Shown here: piece by piece, positions 60,816-64,000 of the stretch
How the letters are laid out: each line of letters opens with the position of its first letter
Numbering within the stretch: position 1 is the stretch's first letter
Assembly: GCA_963820855.1 (NCBI GenBank)
Contig: CAWGBY010000012.1
Coordinates: 67,963-131,962, forward strand
Direction of reading: 5' to 3'
Source: an uncultured Acidobacteriota bacterium
GTDB taxonomy: Bacteria; Acidobacteriota; Vicinamibacteria; Marinacidobacterales; SMYC01
Length of the DNA: 64,000 nt
Notes under the pieces: generated by a model
The model's database searches: none
What the model was told of the DNA's origin: nothing
Seen by the model: only the letters and a program-made list of their open reading frames with translations
Position numbers and translations under genes: made by a program

Positions 60816-61818
60816 GGACCGCGGAAAGCTCCCTGATGGCCTCCTCGAAGAGACGATAGGCAGCCTCGACTTCGAGGCGGTTGCCCCGATCGCCATGGAT
60901 ATCGAGAAGCCAGGCGGCCCGCACCAATCTCCTTGCGGCCCGCTCGACGCTCTCGCCTTCCTTTTCGCGGAGCGCCATCACCAGGTCCTTCGCTTCGAGA
61001 GCGGGGATATACAGGTCCGCCCAGGCGCCTTTCTGGATCAGGTTCTGCACGCGTTCGTTCCGGCGCAGGATCTCTCGATACAGCTCCCGGGGCGTCTCGG
61101 GAATTCGATGGTCCGGAAGAGTCAGGCTCTTGTCTTCGGAGTCGGCGAAAATGAAATCGAAGCGGGCTGCCTCGCGCTCGTCGGGAAAGCGGAGGTGGAG
61201 CACGACTTCCACGGGCTCGACCGTCCGATCCCTCGTCGCCCAAAGGAAGCTTCCATCGGAGGAAGGCTCCATGACCGCTTCGCCCGCCCGGGCCTCGAAC
61301 CCCTGAACGGCGATGGGCCGGGTGAAGTCGTCGTAGAGATACACGCGGAACGTGCCGTCCTCCTCGGAAAGAGTCCCCTCGAGGTGGTGATAACCGTTCG
61401 GCGCCATGAACAGGATTCCGCCGTGTCGAGGGTTGTGATCTCCGTGGGCCATGGCCACGGTCCTCGTCTCCATCGGACTCCCGTCGGGACAGAGACCCGC
61501 GGCGGTCGAGACGATATCGGCCCGACCCGGACAGAACCACTGGACTTCGCGCGTCGTCCGGGAAAGCCTCATCCGGCAGAACGGACAGCTTCCTTCCGTC
61601 TCTTCGTCGACCGCCGGATGCATGGGACAGGAGTAGCTCGGGACCAGGATCCGGAGGACGAGGTCGCGGCCGCACGCGGGACAACGGCCGGGCGCGGTTG
61701 CCTGCTGATCGGAATGGAGCGGGCAGAGGTACGTGGGGAACGACTCGCGCTCTTGCTCCACTGGCGCCGTCGCCAGAACGACAGACAAGCCGAGCGCTAT
61801 CGCCGCAAACGTCTCCAC
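60805..61818 (-). CDS. Secreted protein with two (possibly three) heavy-metal-binding-domain (HMBD, CPxH..CPxCG) repeats, a His-rich segment and a helical C-terminal domain
   Basis: Intact 337-aa ORF with a GTG start. YLCPLHSDQQATAPGRCPACGRDL and YSCPMHPAVDEETEGSCPFCRMRL, plus a degenerate WFCPGRADIVSTAAGLCPDG. Then MAHGDHNPRHGGILFMAPNGYHHLEG. The C-terminal ~110 aa are helical. Confidence 0.6.
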   Translation of the reverse strand: METFAAIALGLSVVLATAPVEQERESFPTYLCPLHSDQQATAPGRCPACGRDLVLRILVPSYSCPMHPAVDEETEGSCPFCRMRLSRTTREVQWFCPGRADIVSTAAGLCPDGSPMETRTVAMAHGDHNPRHGGILFMAPNGYHHLEGTLSEEDGTFRVYLYDDFTRPIAVQGFEARAGEAVMEPSSDGSFLWATRDRTVEPVEVVLHLRFPDEREAARFDFIFADSEDKSLTLPDHRIPETPRELYREILRRNERVQNLIQKGAWADLYIPALEAKDLVMALREKEGESVERAARRLVRAAWLLDIHGDRGNRLEVEAAYRLFEEAIRELSAVHAN

Positions 61819-62327
61819 CGGCTCATTCTAACGCGCCCTCCGGGACGACCGGCCGGTCCCGCTTCCGTCAGGTTGACGACGATCGCCCCCGCGGCCCGGA
61901 CGAGATTCCGCGGGGTGATGAGAATCTCGTTCCCCCAGACACCGGCGCCGACACCGAGCATGGGCTCGCGGGTCAGCGCCTCGTCGAGAAAGGACCGGAA
62001 GCCCGCGGGCTGCCAATGAAAGGGCGGTATCGATCCGATCTCGTACCCCGTCGTCTCCCGCACCGCCTCAGGCGACGCCATCTGAACGTTTCGATCTCCA
62101 AGGGCCTTCTTGAGGTGAGAGGAGAGAGCGCTCCGGTCTCCCCCGACCATCACCAGGACGCGCTCGCCTTTCCCGGTCTGGAAAAGAAGCGTCTTGACCA
62201 TCTGGTGCTCGCGGAATCCGAGGGCCCGCGCGACGTTCGAAGCACCCTTCTCGGTTTCCGGGGGGAACGATTTCGCTTCGTACGCGATCTCGCGGCGGTC
62301 GAGGTACTCGTGCGGCGGAAGCTTCAT
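61797..62327 (-). CDS. YbaK/EbsC-type aminoacyl-tRNA deacylase domain protein
   Basis: ATG 62327: MKLPPHEYLDRREIAYEAKSFP..VKTLLFQTGKGERVLVMVGGDRS..TGYEIGSIPPF... The 3' end is uncertain (the tail is Arg-rich and overlaps the next gene by 22 nt). Confidence 0.65.
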   Translation of the reverse strand: MKLPPHEYLDRREIAYEAKSFPPETEKGASNVARALGFREHQMVKTLLFQTGKGERVLVMVGGDRSALSSHLKKALGDRNVQMASPEAVRETTGYEIGSIPPFHWQPAGFRSFLDEALTREPMLGVGAGVWGNEILITPRNLVRAAGAIVVNLTEAGPAGRPGGRVRMSRWRRLRR

Positions 62328-62347
62328 GAGAGGAGGTGAGAAGCGGC

Positions 62348-63097
62348 CTATGGCTTCGCGCTCTGAAACAAAGCGCGACCCACGAAGAACGGCCCCATCT
62401 TCTCCATGAACTCCGACGTCTGACGGGTCTTGCGCATCCTCTGGACGAGGTGGGAGAGAGGGTGGAGGTCCTTGCCGACGAGGCCGATCACGAACTCGTT
62501 GTCGTTGGTATCGATGCCGAAGCAGGCGAGGCGGATATCGTGGGCGAGTCCCTGCTCTCCGTAGAGCCGGCCGATGCCGCCGTGCTCGCGGAGGATGCTC
62601 TTTTGCTCTTCGTCGGGGAGCGCGTTGAAGGCGCCTATCCGGCGCAGCGGATACCAGATCGCCCACGGCCACTCCGGATCGAGCACGTTGCGCCTCGGGC
62701 GGCCGAGAATCCAGTCTTCGACGTTCGGCTCGTATCCACTCGCGTACGTGCGTCCCAGCATCGCGAGCTCGGGCCGGAAGGTCAGCGAGCGGAACGGCTC
62801 CTCGTTGAGCAGAGGCCTCACCGCCGTAACGAACCGCGCCGGATCCTCCGTCATCGTGAGGAGCCCTACTCCCCGCGGATCGTTCACGTCGAGATAGACG
62901 ACGGCCTCGATTCCGCTCGCCTTCACTTTTGCCGCCACCGCTTCGGCATCGCGGCACCCGGTGAACACCTGGAGCTGCATGAAAAGGCGGCGGTCCGTCG
63001 TGCTCCGGCTCCCATCGGGCGCGAGCCCGTGCTCGTCGACGTCGATGCGGTTCTCGGGCTTGCGCTCGGAGTGGGTTTCCGCGCGAGTGGTGCTCAT
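62348..63097 (-). CDS. Chlorite dismutase (Cld)-family haem-binding-fold protein
   Basis: Intact 249-aa ORF: ..LFMQLQVFTG..GVGLLTMTEDPARF..WAIWYPLRRIGAFNALPDEEQKSILREHGGIGRLYG..IRLACFGIDTNDNEFVIGL... The family call comes from recalled similarity and activity is unknown. Confidence 0.6.
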   Translation of the reverse strand: MSTTRAETHSERKPENRIDVDEHGLAPDGSRSTTDRRLFMQLQVFTGCRDAEAVAAKVKASGIEAVVYLDVNDPRGVGLLTMTEDPARFVTAVRPLLNEEPFRSLTFRPELAMLGRTYASGYEPNVEDWILGRPRRNVLDPEWPWAIWYPLRRIGAFNALPDEEQKSILREHGGIGRLYGEQGLAHDIRLACFGIDTNDNEFVIGLVGKDLHPLSHLVQRMRKTRQTSEFMEKMGPFFVGRALFQSAKP

Positions 63098-63107
63098 CGC
63101 CTGGATT

Positions 63108-64000
63108 TTACTCTTTTTTCTTCTTCAGCAAACCCTTGAGGGCATCCGTCGCCTTTTCCGTGACTTCCCGCTTCACCCCCTGGCCCGTCTGCGACGCCAG
63201 GGCCTTCACGTCGGGGCGGACTTTCGGGTCTTCGAGGGTGCCGGTGATGGCGATGGGAACGGGGACCCAGCCTTGATCGTCGGCGAGGACGTCCAAAACG
63301 CTCGAGCCCGCCCCCTCGATCTTCAGCCCTTCGCGGGGAGTGGCGAGCGACAGGTCGAAGTCGATCGGGCCGTCGAGGCTCATCGTGCCCTGCAGATCGA
63401 GACGGGCGTCGCCGCTCTCGAAACGGAAAGGCGCGAGAACCACCCGGTCGTTCTCCATCCGGAAAGTCGCTTCCGTCGCCTTGTACTTCGAGCCGACGAC
63501 CGCGTTCTTCCCCAGGGCCGTGTCGATATCGCGGAAGATCTTCGCGTCGGGGAAACTTCCCTCCGCGAGGCGCACCTGGCCGGTCCCTTTCAGGTCCTTC
63601 GTATCGCCGCCCGCCCCGTTCGCTTCGAGCGTGAGGGTCGCGTGGCCGAAACCTTCTTTCGCTCCCACCATGCCGTTCACGTCCAGGGGATCCCCCTTGG
63701 CATTCATGGTGTAGGTGAAGGGAACGGGATTGAAGTCGAGCTTGGCGTCGGCTTCGAACTTTCCGTGCGGCAGCCGGAACGAAAGCGCCGGGATGGTGAA
63801 GACCGCGGACGCGAGCTGAAATTCTCCCGCGGTCTCGGTGAAAAGGAGCGTGTCGAATCTCATCTCGCGGATTGCGAGAGAGCCCTCGCCCGAAAGGGCG
63901 GCAAGAGACGCCGCCCCGGGATCGAAGGAAACGTTCCGGAGCTCGAAGTCGAGGCCTTCGAGCGACGTCCTCTCTTCGCCCTTCGCGTTCGTGACGACAA
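63108..64000 (-). CDS. AsmA-family protein, C-terminal part (the gene continues beyond the window)
   Basis: The open frame runs to the window edge. The C-terminus ..DARLDLQGTMSLDGPIDFDLSLATP..WVPVPIAITGTLEDPKVRPD..LLKKKKE is typical of AsmA-like C-terminal regions. Confidence 0.6.
   Translation of the reverse strand, partial: VVTNAKGEERTSLEGLDFELRNVSFDPGAASLAALSGEGSLAIREMRFDTLLFTETAGEFQLASAVFTIPALSFRLPHGKFEADAKLDFNPVPFTYTMNAKGDPLDVNGMVGAKEGFGHATLTLEANGAGGDTKDLKGTGQVRLAEGSFPDAKIFRDIDTALGKNAVVGSKYKATEATFRMENDRVVLAPFRFESGDARLDLQGTMSLDGPIDFDLSLATPREGLKIEGAGSSVLDVLADDQGWVPVPIAITGTLEDPKVRPDVKALASQTGQGVKREVTEKATDALKGLLKKKKE

Overview
This is a high-GC (roughly two-thirds G+C by eye) bacterial chromosomal segment. 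An ADOP-type MacB permease and a PEP-CTERM protein suggest Acidobacteriota, but that is only an inference. I can support about 60 protein genes. I found no rRNA, tRNA, CRISPR array, integrase or transposase. Main blocks, left to right: (1) agmatinase, a ~910-aa coiled-coil protein and an AI-2E transporter. (2) A 14-kb co-directional minus-strand run holding a MoxR-DUF58-VWA-BatD 'Bat/aerotolerance-type' operon, an SRPBCC gene, and a glucosylglycerate/mannosylglycerate-type compatible-solute operon (symporter, two glycosyltransferases, small membrane protein, HAD-IIB phosphatase). (3) Secreted proteins of unknown function and an orphan vWA gene in a lower-GC islet. (4) An FAD-oxidoreductase, a GT-C-like membrane protein and an amino-acid ABC transporter. 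(5) A Tat-exported CoxSLM/Pao-like molybdenum hydroxylase with a cytochrome b. (6) A carbamoylase, an OPT transporter and soxBDAG (heterotetrameric sarcosine oxidase). (7) A PEP-CTERM protein and an amidohydrolase-POT pair. (8) NiCoT-like, ArsR-SRPBCC and GMC oxidoreductase genes. (9) A cluster of HMBD protein, CxxCH/monooxygenase-like protein, GNAT and KdpD-like/KdpE genes. The dominant oddity is about 35 reading-frame breaks in otherwise well-conserved genes. Nearly all shift phase as a single inserted base would, and none comes with an in-frame stop, so I read them as assembly or read error rather than biology. I cannot prove a novel system from sequence alone. The best candidates for follow-up are the HMBD/CxxCH cluster, the giant coiled-coil protein, the Bat-type operon variants and the vWA islet.
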